26,912 bases of DNA, from positions 1-26,912 of the forward strand of contig JAITJW010000115.1 of NCBI GenBank assembly GCA_031278715.1, given 5' to 3'. The stretch comes from Treponema sp. Its GTDB lineage: Bacteria > Spirochaetota > Spirochaetia > Treponematales > Breznakiellaceae. The notes beneath the pieces are model-generated. The model ran no database searches. It saw only the letters and a list, made by a program, of their open reading frames with translations, and was not told the DNA's origin. The translations under genes and the position numbers were made by a program. Below, one piece after another: positions 8,204 to 16,126 of the stretch (the stretch's first letter is position 1; each line of letters begins with the position of its first letter).

Positions 8204-8219
8204 GGCAAGAACCATGCCA
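8204..8219 (-). promoter_or_regulatory. Sigma-54 (-24/-12) promoter TGGCAT-N5-TTGCC driving amtB-glnK
   Basis: Minus-strand TGGCATGGTTCTTGCC matches TGGCAC-N5-TTGC, with GG and GC spaced exactly as in the consensus. The predicted start is about 66 nt upstream of the amtB GTG. The adjacent upstream gene encodes a sigma-54 activator. Confidence 0.6.
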
Positions 8220-8303
8220 AGAATCGTTTCGGGCAGCTAAAGCCGGGGTAAACTGCGAATTTTTAGCGGGGGCAGGGGAAATTCCGTAAAAATTTATGGT
8301 TCA

Positions 8304-8328
8304 GGAAGGGGCGGGCCCCTCCCCTTCC
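8304..8328 (-). terminator. GC-rich hairpin (ggaagggg-cgggcccct-ccccttcc) downstream of the activator gene, followed by a moderately T-rich tract
   Basis: 8-bp stem read directly. The minus-strand continuation is tgaaccataaattttta. It lies between the activator stop (8419) and the sigma-54 promoter. Confidence 0.35.
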
Positions 8329-8418
8329 CGGAAATCTGACTTACGTTATTGGATATTCGCCCGCAATTCAAAAAGCTACTCAATTTTCCTACGTTTATGT
8401 GGCTTTATTATTACGATC

Positions 8419-10068
8419 CTACATTTTAGTTGTCCGGTAGACCCGCCAGTTGATGCCGTAATGGTGGACCCGCAGCCCCATCTGGCGTTCCGAAATTCCC
8501 AGGCTCCGGGCGGCACAGGCCATGTTTCCATCGGCCATTTTCAGGGCCTCCAGGATCATCTCTTTTTCCAGCCGGGAAAGGGCCGCCTCCAGGGTGCTGG
8601 TGGGGGCGGTATTGCTGGACGCGGCGCTCTGCAGGGTAGGGGGCAGGTTGTAGGCGTGGATCACCTCGTCGTTGCTCAGGATCACCGCCCGCTCAATACA
8701 GTTCTCCAGTTCCCGGACATTGCCGGGCCAGGAGTGGCTGATCAAGAGGTCGATGGCCGGGCTGGAGATCCGGCGGATAAGTTTGCCGTTCTTTTCCCCG
8801 TATTTTCCCGCAAAATGGTCCGCCAGGAGCATAATATCGCTTGTCCGCTCACGCAGGGGGGGGATACGGAGGGGGAACACGTTAAGGCGGTAGTAGAGGT
8901 CCTCCCGGAAACGGCCCGCCTTAACCTCGTCTTCAAGGTTCCGGTTGGTGGCGGCCACAAGCCTGACATCCACTTTGATCGTACTGGTCCCCCCTACCCG
9001 TTCCAATTCCCGTTCCTGGAGGACCCGGAGCAGTTTAACCTGTATCTGTGAACTGAGGTCCCCAATTTCGTCAAGGAAGATCGTCCCGGAGTGGGCAAGC
9101 TCAAAGCGGCCCTTCCGCTGGGCCGTGGCCCCTGTAAACGCCCCCTTTTCGTGGCCGAAGAGTTCGCTTTCGACAATCGATTCGGGGAGGGCCGCGCAGT
9201 TCACCTTGACCAGGGGACCGGCGGCCCGTTTGGAAAGCCGGTGAAGCTCCGCGGCCACCAGTTCTTTTCCGGTACCGCTTTCCCCGGTAATCAGCACTGT
9301 GGCGTCGCTGGGGGCCACCTGGGTAAGCATCCCGTAAACTTCCCGCATGCTGCTGGACGTTCCGATGATCCCGCTTTCCGCGGCGATTCTGCCCCCCCGG
9401 ACCCAGTCGGCGCTGTCCCCGGTAGAACCGGTCGCCTCTTCCCCGTGGCGGAGGCGGAACTGTTTCTCCATGATCCGTTCACGGAGCTTGGCAGAATCGG
9501 CGATGATAAGGGATATTTTTTCCAATAGGGCCCGGTCCCAGGCCATGCGGAGCGAGGGGTCTTCGTCCGAAATCCGGCGTTCCGCGCTGAGGGTACCGAT
9601 CACGCTGCCACGGGACCGGATGGGAACGCAGTAATAGCTAAGGCCCTCCATGTCTTCGTGGCGGCGGTTTACCGCCCGGTTGAGAAAACGGGGCTCCCTG
9701 GCCAGGTTGGCTACGACAATGGAGGAACCGGTCTCAAAAACCCGGCCCACCAGCCCCTCCCCCAGCCGGTAAACACCCCGCCGTTTCTCCTCCGCGTTAA
9801 GCCCGAATGCCTCTTCTACCTTAAGGACCCCGGTAACCCGGTCCAGCAGCGTTACCATGCCCCGGCTTAAGCCTGCGCGAAACTCCATAAGGCTTAAAAG
9901 GGGCCCCAGGGCGGTTTTGAGTTCTACGTATTTGTCAAATGTACGGGCTATGTCAAAGAGGAGTTCCAGTTCCGCCCGTTCCCAGTCCGCCGCCCCCCGT
10001 GAGGGCGCGCCGGGCCCAAGCGCCTCCTGCGGCGGGGAGGGGCCGGCGGCAGGCACACGCGTCAACAC
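8419..10068 (-). CDS. Sigma-54-dependent transcriptional activator with an N-terminal GAF domain (NifA/NtrC-like; no receiver domain)
   Basis: The AAA+ sigma-54 interaction domain has Walker A GESGTGKE, the GAFTGA motif in [15 protein letters not shown], Walker [10 protein letters not shown] and the arginine finger/sensor RVLQE...YYRLNV. The C-terminal Fis-type HTH is [15 protein letters not shown]. The N-terminal 200 aa is GAF-like. The start is a GTG at 10068 and is uncertain. Confidence 0.85.
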   Translation of the reverse strand: MLTRVPAAGPSPPQEALGPGAPSRGAADWERAELELLFDIARTFDKYVELKTALGPLLSLMEFRAGLSRGMVTLLDRVTGVLKVEEAFGLNAEEKRRGVYRLGEGLVGRVFETGSSIVVANLAREPRFLNRAVNRRHEDMEGLSYYCVPIRSRGSVIGTLSAERRISDEDPSLRMAWDRALLEKISLIIADSAKLRERIMEKQFRLRHGEEATGSTGDSADWVRGGRIAAESGIIGTSSSMREVYGMLTQVAPSDATVLITGESGTGKELVAAELHRLSKRAAGPLVKVNCAALPESIVESELFGHEKGAFTGATAQRKGRFELAHSGTIFLDEIGDLSSQIQVKLLRVLQERELERVGGTSTIKVDVRLVAATNRNLEDEVKAGRFREDLYYRLNVFPLRIPPLRERTSDIMLLADHFAGKYGEKNGKLIRRISSPAIDLLISHSWPGNVRELENCIERAVILSNDEVIHAYNLPPTLQSAASSNTAPTSTLEAALSRLEKEMILEALKMADGNMACAARSLGISERQMGLRVHHYGINWRVYRTTKM

Positions 10069-10174
10069 ATTCCCCCATCACCCGCGGATTGCATGGACGT
10101 ACATTATTACATTTATGTAGGAATTACAAGCGGCCGCATGGCGCCACCTTAAATCTAAACACGGCGGCGTGCTA

Positions 10175-11197
10175 CTACCGGTATTCGGCCATCGGGATAC
10201 CGTTGAGCATCAATATTTCCGGGCGGTATTCAAAATGGCCGGTGTCAAAGAACTCCCACTTACCGCCCCATATAAAACCGTAGCTTTCAAAGGCCCTGAT
10301 AACCTCTTCGGGCGGTTGATAGCGTTTGTCGTAGGGAGTATTCCACCAGTCAGTCTGTTTTTCTCTGGTCCATGCCCAATAATGCTCAAGGCCCTTAAAC
10401 GAATCGGGTACCAGGTCCAGCGCGGCCCCGTAGGAATGAAAACTCTTGGTCCGGGTACCGGTAATGACCCGGTACTTCCAGCTTACCACGATGGCGGACT
10501 GGGGATTTTTCGTCAGGGCCAGGTTTTCGATCCACTGTTGTACGGCAGGGCTGATTTTTGCCGCGTTTTTTATCTGTTCTTCGACCAGGAACAGTTCTTC
10601 CAGCACCAAATAGTGAACCGGTATACGGCGGCCCAGAAACGAAACCAGGGACAGGCGGGTAGAAGATTCCTCTTCGTCACGGGAACGGTACAGGGAATCG
10701 AGAAAATAGGGGTTGCGGTTTACCGGACTGGTTTTGTACCGCTCCGTCTCGTTTTCAAGCCATTCGGCAAGGACAGGGTCCGGTTCCCTCCACTCAGGAA
10801 GCACGGCGGGGTAGGCGTAGAATTCGTAAGGGTCATACTGGCCGGCCATGCTCCGTTTCTCTTCCGGGAGCAACCTGCCCTCCGCCCAATAGCAAAGGAC
10901 ACCCCTGATGGGCGCCGCCCAATCGCCGTTGATAAATACGGCGGGACCTATAACGCCGGGATAGGCCAGGGCCAGGGTCTTCATGACCGTTTCCCCCCCG
11001 GGATCGAAAAGCGCCGACGGGACAGGGGACAAGACGCCGGACAGAGAATCGCCGCTTGCGGCTTCGCTGACAGCTATTTCGCTGACAGCTGTTTTGCTGA
11101 CAGCTGTTTTGCTGACAGCTATTTCGCTGACGGGACCTCCGCAGGCGCCACAGGCGCCGCAGAAGAGGAGAAGCGCCAGCGGTTTGCTGCATTTCAC
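10175..11197 (-). CDS. Lipoprotein with an N-terminal pentapeptide-repeat stretch and a C-terminal LAS/M15-type zinc peptidase-like domain (candidate peptidoglycan D,D- or L,D-peptidase)
   Basis: GTG start with GGGGG 7 nt upstream. Signal peptide plus Cys-rich lipobox (MKCSKPLALLLFCGACGACG). Repeats VSEIA/VSKTA. The C-terminus has HSYGAALD ...(x43)... WGGKWEFFDTGHFEY, resembling the H-x6-D ... D-x-x-H metal-ligand signature of the M15/VanY/LAS fold. I did not run a domain search. Confidence 0.6.
   Translation of the reverse strand: MKCSKPLALLLFCGACGACGGPVSEIAVSKTAVSKTAVSEIAVSEAASGDSLSGVLSPVPSALFDPGGETVMKTLALAYPGVIGPAVFINGDWAAPIRGVLCYWAEGRLLPEEKRSMAGQYDPYEFYAYPAVLPEWREPDPVLAEWLENETERYKTSPVNRNPYFLDSLYRSRDEEESSTRLSLVSFLGRRIPVHYLVLEELFLVEEQIKNAAKISPAVQQWIENLALTKNPQSAIVVSWKYRVITGTRTKSFHSYGAALDLVPDSFKGLEHYWAWTREKQTDWWNTPYDKRYQPPEEVIRAFESYGFIWGGKWEFFDTGHFEYRPEILMLNGIPMAEYR
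11057..11131. repeat. Tandem 15-bp repeat, about 4.9 copies (agctatttcgctgac / agctgttttgctgac), inside the lipoprotein CDS
   Basis: Read directly. It encodes the in-frame pentapeptide repeats VSEIA-VSKTA-VSKTA-VSEIA just after the lipobox. Copy number could vary. Confidence 0.8.
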
Positions 11198-11218
11198 GCT
11201 TAAACCCCCTACAGGCTG

Positions 11219-12982
11219 CTAGCCCCGTTCCCCCAGAAGCATCTTCAATTCCTGGATCGTGTTGATCAGTTTGGTGCGCTCCAGATTCTGAAAACGCCGG
11301 GGGATCATCTCCTTGCTGGTACATTCAAGTACGGCAACCAGGTTTTGCAGTTCAATCTCGTGGGGATAGGCAGCGGGGACAAAATCTCCCATCACTTCTT
11401 CCATGTCTTCCCGGCTGACAAAGCTGCGATCCTCCATAGCGGCCCGCAGCTTGGCCCGGATAAGTACGGCCTCAAGATCCGCCCCCGAAAATTCATGGTG
11501 AAATTTCTTGAATAGTTCGGCAATGGGAAATTTACGGATCGAAAGGTTCAGCTTACGTACCAGGGTGTCAAACAGGGCCTCCCGTTCACGCTCGTTCTCC
11601 GGGTAAAACAGGGCCAGGTGTTCTTCCGCGCGGCCCTGGCGCTTTAGATCGATGGGGACAAGATCCGGCCGGCAGGTAATGAGGAACCAGATGATCTTTC
11701 CCCGGTATTCGGTGTTTCCCATAAAGCTGGCGATCTGGGCAAACACCCGGTTACTGGTACCGGAGTCCCCCTCCTGGTCCCGATCCCCCAGAAAAGCGTC
11801 CGCCTCATCGATCATCACCGCAACAGGGGACATGGCTTTAAGAATTGTAAGGACCTTTTCCAGGTTCGATTCCGTGTCCCCCTGCCACTTGGAGCGGAAG
11901 TTACGGAATTTAACCATAGGTATGCCGATCTCCCCGGCGAAGGCGCTGACCATAAAACTTTTGCCGGTACCCACTGGTCCGGCCAGGAGGTAGCCCATAG
12001 GAAGTACGTCCGGACGGCCCAGTTTAATTGCCCTGGCGGCGCTCTTAAAGCGTTTTTTCACAAAGTCATGACCGGACACGTAGGAAAGATCGTGAATCGT
12101 ATCCATGAATTCCAAAAGGCCGGCGGCCTCGTTTTCGATAATCTCTTTTTTCCGCTGCCGCAGGTACTCCAGGGAAAGGGAGGTTCCGGTTTTTTCGCTT
12201 TCCATGACCAGGTGGTTCAGATTCATCAGATTAAGGCCACTTGTGATGGAGGCTACACGCTCCGGGTTTAAGCCCCGGTCCAGGTTAAGCTGCGACAGGC
12301 CCTCTTTGTAACGCAGAAAACTGGCCCGCAGTTTTTCATCGGGAAAGGGGACCCCTACCTTGACAACGGCAGGAGAACTGACCAGCCGGGGGGAAAGATC
12401 GGCCAGGTTTTCCGTAAGCAGAATCACGGTAATGTCCCCGATGGTAAGGATGGGATCATTGGCCCAGCGGCTTAAGGTAACCAGGCAGTAGCGATCCTCT
12501 TCGGTAAGGCGGATAAAGTCCCCGGAGGGAGCAAAGGATTCCGCGTAATCCATGATCAGCACCACACGGCTGGGGGGGTTCCCCTTTTTGGGTATTTTGG
12601 CGAAAAAATATTTTTCCAGGTAGAAAAAACTCTTCCGGGGTTCCGCGGAGATGATGTCTTCAACTTCGACCTGGGGGTACATGCCCCGGATAACAGTCCG
12701 GTAATCCTGGGACATGGATTCGGTACAAAAAGTCACGCCCCCTGAATAATCGTAGTAGATGATATAATCCCTGTTTCCAAAGAGAAATTCGGAAAGGTAA
12801 TCCTGAATCCGGGTAAAGACAAATTCATCCCTGTTCATCTGATGGGGCAAAAAGTCCCGGATGTTCCCGTGCAGGATATACAGGTTTGTTGTTTCGGACT
12901 GGTATTTGTTGGCCAGTTCCTGGCCCCAGCGGGGCAGAATTTTTATAAAATCCAGATCCTGATAGATAAGCTGATCCCCCAT
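11219..12982 (-). CDS. Classic-clade AAA ATPase (FtsH/Cdc48/SpoVK-type ATPase module) with an uncharacterised N-terminal domain of about 330 aa
   Basis: Walker A GPVGTGKS, Walker B VAVMIDEADAF, second region of homology ITCRPDLVPIDLKRQGRAEEHL, then EFSGADLEAV (the classic AAA 'GADL' helix). The N-terminal 330 aa has no motif I recognise. ATG start. Confidence 0.8.
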   Translation of the reverse strand: MGDQLIYQDLDFIKILPRWGQELANKYQSETTNLYILHGNIRDFLPHQMNRDEFVFTRIQDYLSEFLFGNRDYIIYYDYSGGVTFCTESMSQDYRTVIRGMYPQVEVEDIISAEPRKSFFYLEKYFFAKIPKKGNPPSRVVLIMDYAESFAPSGDFIRLTEEDRYCLVTLSRWANDPILTIGDITVILLTENLADLSPRLVSSPAVVKVGVPFPDEKLRASFLRYKEGLSQLNLDRGLNPERVASITSGLNLMNLNHLVMESEKTGTSLSLEYLRQRKKEIIENEAAGLLEFMDTIHDLSYVSGHDFVKKRFKSAARAIKLGRPDVLPMGYLLAGPVGTGKSFMVSAFAGEIGIPMVKFRNFRSKWQGDTESNLEKVLTILKAMSPVAVMIDEADAFLGDRDQEGDSGTSNRVFAQIASFMGNTEYRGKIIWFLITCRPDLVPIDLKRQGRAEEHLALFYPENEREREALFDTLVRKLNLSIRKFPIAELFKKFHHEFSGADLEAVLIRAKLRAAMEDRSFVSREDMEEVMGDFVPAAYPHEIELQNLVAVLECTSKEMIPRRFQNLERTKLINTIQELKMLLGERG

Positions 12983-13008
12983 GCTTCACCCCCGCCGGTA
13001 CACGGCCC

Positions 13009-14070
13009 TTAGTTTTTTTGCGGCACAAGAGAATCAAGGTACGCTGAAAAGGCCGCGTCCCACGCGTCGGAGATCTCCGTTTCAAGTGTCCTTATAGCCC
13101 GGTTTTCCGCCTCGGAAACGGTAAGATGCCCTTCACGGCCCGATGCAGTGTAGGGCAGCAGCACGTTCCCCGTAACGCGATCAAGGAGTTTGGCGGCCAG
13201 TTCATAACGGACGAACTTATTCTGCCGGTCCGGCAGTTCTACCGGACTAAAGCTGAGCGTAACATCCAGGACATAGCGGGAATCCTGCCCGCCGGACAGA
13301 AAACCCTTTTTCCCGATAACCGCGGCAAAGGCGCCCTGTATCCGGCCCGAACTGTCGTTGTCCACCAGCACATCCACGGGGATACGATGGACAATATTCT
13401 GGGCTTCAAGGCGGAACTGTTCAGCGTCCGCCAGTTCCCGTGAGCTGGGGGCCGCGGCGCCCCCCAGCACGGAAAGGATATTCACGAAAACCCGGTTCCC
13501 GTCCGCGACTTTTGCGGCCAGAAGGAAGCGGACATAGCCGCCCAGGGAATATTTTTCCCCGTCCGTCATCGTGGTAAGGTTTCCGATAATTTCCCGGTTT
13601 ACACTGACAAGATCCGAATACAGGGCCGCAGCTTTACTTTTTTCCATTACGGCCAGCGCGTAGTGAGTATCCCTGCCATCGTACCAGTAATCCCGAATCT
13701 CCGCGCCGATCAGGGTGTCAAGTCCGGCAGAAGTTTTAATAGCGCTGGTGATCTCCGTATCCCTGATGTACGAAGCGACCGTGTCCTGAAGCAGGGCCTC
13801 CTGGTAGCCTACTATGGACTGCCGGTCAACCCTGACCGTCTGGCCAAAGACGCTGATCATGCTGGCAAAAGCCTCTTTTTCCGCAACAGCCCGGCTGGGA
13901 CCGTAGCCTACAGTGGCCATATAACGGAGGCGGCTGTACACCTGGTCCACGTCGCCTATCCATAGGGGCTCGTCCTTTGGGGGGGGCCGGGAACCGGGGC
14001 TGCCGGCGCAACCAGCGCAAAGAGCGCAGAGCGCCAGGACAAAAATCAGCAGTTTTACTACTTTAAGCAT
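13009..14070 (-). CDS. Lipoprotein, LPP20/FlgP-like N-terminal region plus a C-terminal extension
   Basis: GGAGG 4 nt upstream of the ATG. Signal peptide and lipobox (LALCALCAGCAG). The region IGDVDQVYSRLRYMATVGYG...AVAEKEAFASMISVF resembles the LPP20 lipoprotein family pattern. The assignment is from recall and was not searched. Confidence 0.5.
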   Translation of the reverse strand: MLKVVKLLIFVLALCALCAGCAGSPGSRPPPKDEPLWIGDVDQVYSRLRYMATVGYGPSRAVAEKEAFASMISVFGQTVRVDRQSIVGYQEALLQDTVASYIRDTEITSAIKTSAGLDTLIGAEIRDYWYDGRDTHYALAVMEKSKAAALYSDLVSVNREIIGNLTTMTDGEKYSLGGYVRFLLAAKVADGNRVFVNILSVLGGAAAPSSRELADAEQFRLEAQNIVHRIPVDVLVDNDSSGRIQGAFAAVIGKKGFLSGGQDSRYVLDVTLSFSPVELPDRQNKFVRYELAAKLLDRVTGNVLLPYTASGREGHLTVSEAENRAIRTLETEISDAWDAAFSAYLDSLVPQKN

Positions 14071-15356
14071 ATAACCTCCACTAAATTCAGACGGTTCTCC
14101 TGTACCGGTATGTCCTCGTAACGGAATGACCCCAGGATTTTCCCCGACGCATTATAATAAACGGCCCGGCATGAATAGCGGCCAGGCTCAAGGTTGATCC
14201 CCCCCATGTAGGCCCGCGCGGGAAAATACCGGGAGATCCGGAGATCTGCCTGTTCGCTGGCCTCCGCGAAGATCTGGGCTCCCAGGCTTAACATGCTGTA
14301 GATAAAGCTGGCGCCACCCTCCGATTTTTCCGCCATAGAGTCAAATGCCGCCGATCCGATTCCCTTGAGGGCAGCGCGGATAGCCGTCTTCAGGTAGATG
14401 ACGCCTTCCCGCGCCTTGTAGGTTTCCCTGGCTATGGCCTCAATATCCTCAAGTAGTTCAAGATCAAAACGCCGCCCGTCATCAAGGATAAGCTCAATCC
14501 GGGCCACTGACGAGGGGCGGTACACCATCTGCGGCAGTGAGAGCTTGAGGTACTGTCCGTTACCCAGGGGAAGGCGGAAGGTATTGGCCTTTTTTACCGG
14601 GGAAAGACCCGCAAAGGCCAGCACGTTGAACCGGGCCAGACCGGGGGGAATATCGAGTTCATGTTCCAGAGAGGCCGGCAGGGGGTGGGGGTACAGGGTG
14701 GGGGAATTGGCAAAGGCAAGACGCAGGTAATCCCTGTCGATCCGGGCGTCGTCATAGCGGCCGGTCCCCCGGTAAAAAAGCAGCCCCAGGTAACGGGCCA
14801 GGGCCGAGTCGTTAAACGCGGAGGGGGCCTCCGGGTTGGGGGGGATGGGCAGGGATTCTTCCAGGGCCTTCTGCTGCAGGGCGGAACGGATAAGCCCGTA
14901 CTTACCGGCCAGATTGCGTACTTTGTTGTTCATCCGTCTAATCTCTACCAGGGCTTCTTCCATATCCCCCCGGTAGTAGTAGTTAAGCGCGTTGAACGTG
15001 TTGATATAGACATCCTCGTAATCTTCCCCGGCATAATCCCGAACCCTGTCGTTAAGCAGGTAGGTACCTATCTCCTGGACGATACTTTTAGTGTAGGCGT
15101 CCTCTATGGCCCGCTCCCCCGCCTCCAGCAGCTTCGAGGAATCCTCGTATAAACCGGCATAGTGGGCCAGCATCCCCTTATCCAGGTAGTAAAGAATAGC
15201 GTCCCTCGATCCGTAAAGGGAGGAACGGTCATCTTCCAAAAGTCGGGCGGATTCTTCGTAGCTGCCTTTATCAAGAGCACTATCTACCCGGTGAAAAGAC
15301 CCGGTGGCACAGGAGACAAAAATACCGGCGGCAAGCGCCAGCACCGGAATTTTCAT
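14058..15356 (-). CDS. Lipoprotein with an N-terminal helical/TPR-like region; function unknown
   Basis: 432 aa, ATG start. Signal peptide MKIPVLALAAGIFVSC with a lipobox Cys. Its stop overlaps the downstream lipoprotein start by 13 nt, and it lies 30 nt downstream of the LpoB-like gene. Confidence 0.6.
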   Translation of the reverse strand: MKIPVLALAAGIFVSCATGSFHRVDSALDKGSYEESARLLEDDRSSLYGSRDAILYYLDKGMLAHYAGLYEDSSKLLEAGERAIEDAYTKSIVQEIGTYLLNDRVRDYAGEDYEDVYINTFNALNYYYRGDMEEALVEIRRMNNKVRNLAGKYGLIRSALQQKALEESLPIPPNPEAPSAFNDSALARYLGLLFYRGTGRYDDARIDRDYLRLAFANSPTLYPHPLPASLEHELDIPPGLARFNVLAFAGLSPVKKANTFRLPLGNGQYLKLSLPQMVYRPSSVARIELILDDGRRFDLELLEDIEAIARETYKAREGVIYLKTAIRAALKGIGSAAFDSMAEKSEGGASFIYSMLSLGAQIFAEASEQADLRISRYFPARAYMGGINLEPGRYSCRAVYYNASGKILGSFRYEDIPVQENRLNLVEVICLK

Positions 15357-15386
15357 AGCTCTTAAGTAATCCCGCCACAGCCGCGG

Positions 15387-16031
15387 CTAAAACCGCGCAC
15401 CGGAACTTTTTATTTGTTTTTTAATTTCACTGTTCTGATCCATCCAAAGCCGGACATTGGTTTCGATATTGGTAAGTTCCGCAGTTACGTAGTAAGTCCG
15501 GGTCCGGGTATTTCCCCTCTGATCCATAATGGTTTTGACCGAACCGGTTAAAAGAAAATCCGCCCCGGTTTCATTGACAAGCCTGCTGGCGCTAGCTTCA
15601 CTGGCGTTAACCTGCTGATCCTGCCGTTCCGCGCGCAGGGCCTCCCGAATCGACCCGCCGGCGACAAAATCCGCCTTACCGCTGTTAAAAATTGTCAGTT
15701 CCATAATGTCGGCAATAATGCTGGTGTCAATATGCTCATCGCTTTCGTTACGGAAGGGTCCTACCAGAAACACCGGATTCCTGCCCAGCCGGCTGGCTTC
15801 CCCTGCGACCCGCGGAGAATCAAGACAGGCCTTGATAAGGCTGTCGCAGACTATCCGCACATCCGTATCGTTCCAATCCCCGCTTAGATCGGTAACTGTT
15901 CCCGAATCGACCCGTTTTACCGAGGTAGACGTGCAAGCGCTAACAAAAAACGCCAGGAACAGGGCCGCAAACAGCGGCAGGCAACGTAACCGCCGTCCCC
16001 CGCGGTGAAAAAAAACACAAGCCCTTCTCAT
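15387..16031 (-). CDS. Small lipoprotein with an LpoB/CsgG/TolB-N-like fold pattern (candidate penicillin-binding-protein activator-like)
   Basis: GGAGG 5 nt upstream of the ATG. Twin-Arg n-region, hydrophobic core and FVSAC lipobox. The core NPVFLVGPFRNESDEH...IIADIMELTIFNSGKADFVAGG...GADFLLTGSV matches the alternating pattern of LpoB/CsgG-type lipoproteins. This is inference. Confidence 0.5.
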   Translation of the reverse strand: MRRACVFFHRGGRRLRCLPLFAALFLAFFVSACTSTSVKRVDSGTVTDLSGDWNDTDVRIVCDSLIKACLDSPRVAGEASRLGRNPVFLVGPFRNESDEHIDTSIIADIMELTIFNSGKADFVAGGSIREALRAERQDQQVNASEASASRLVNETGADFLLTGSVKTIMDQRGNTRTRTYYVTAELTNIETNVRLWMDQNSEIKKQIKSSGARF

Positions 16032-16126
16032 GTAAGCCTCCGCTTTTAGTATAGCATGGGTCGCGCTTCCGGGGAAGTGTCCGGGTTTTCGCTCAGATTT
16101 TTACGTAAGACTTCACAGTGTCCGGC

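Noticed and set aside
10169-11203. 344-aa plus-strand ORF antisense to the M15-like lipoprotein gene
   Set aside because: The minus-strand frame has a signal peptide, a lipobox, an RBS and a recognisable metallopeptidase motif. The plus-strand product is low-complexity and Arg/Gly-rich, which is typical of antisense frames in GC-rich DNA.
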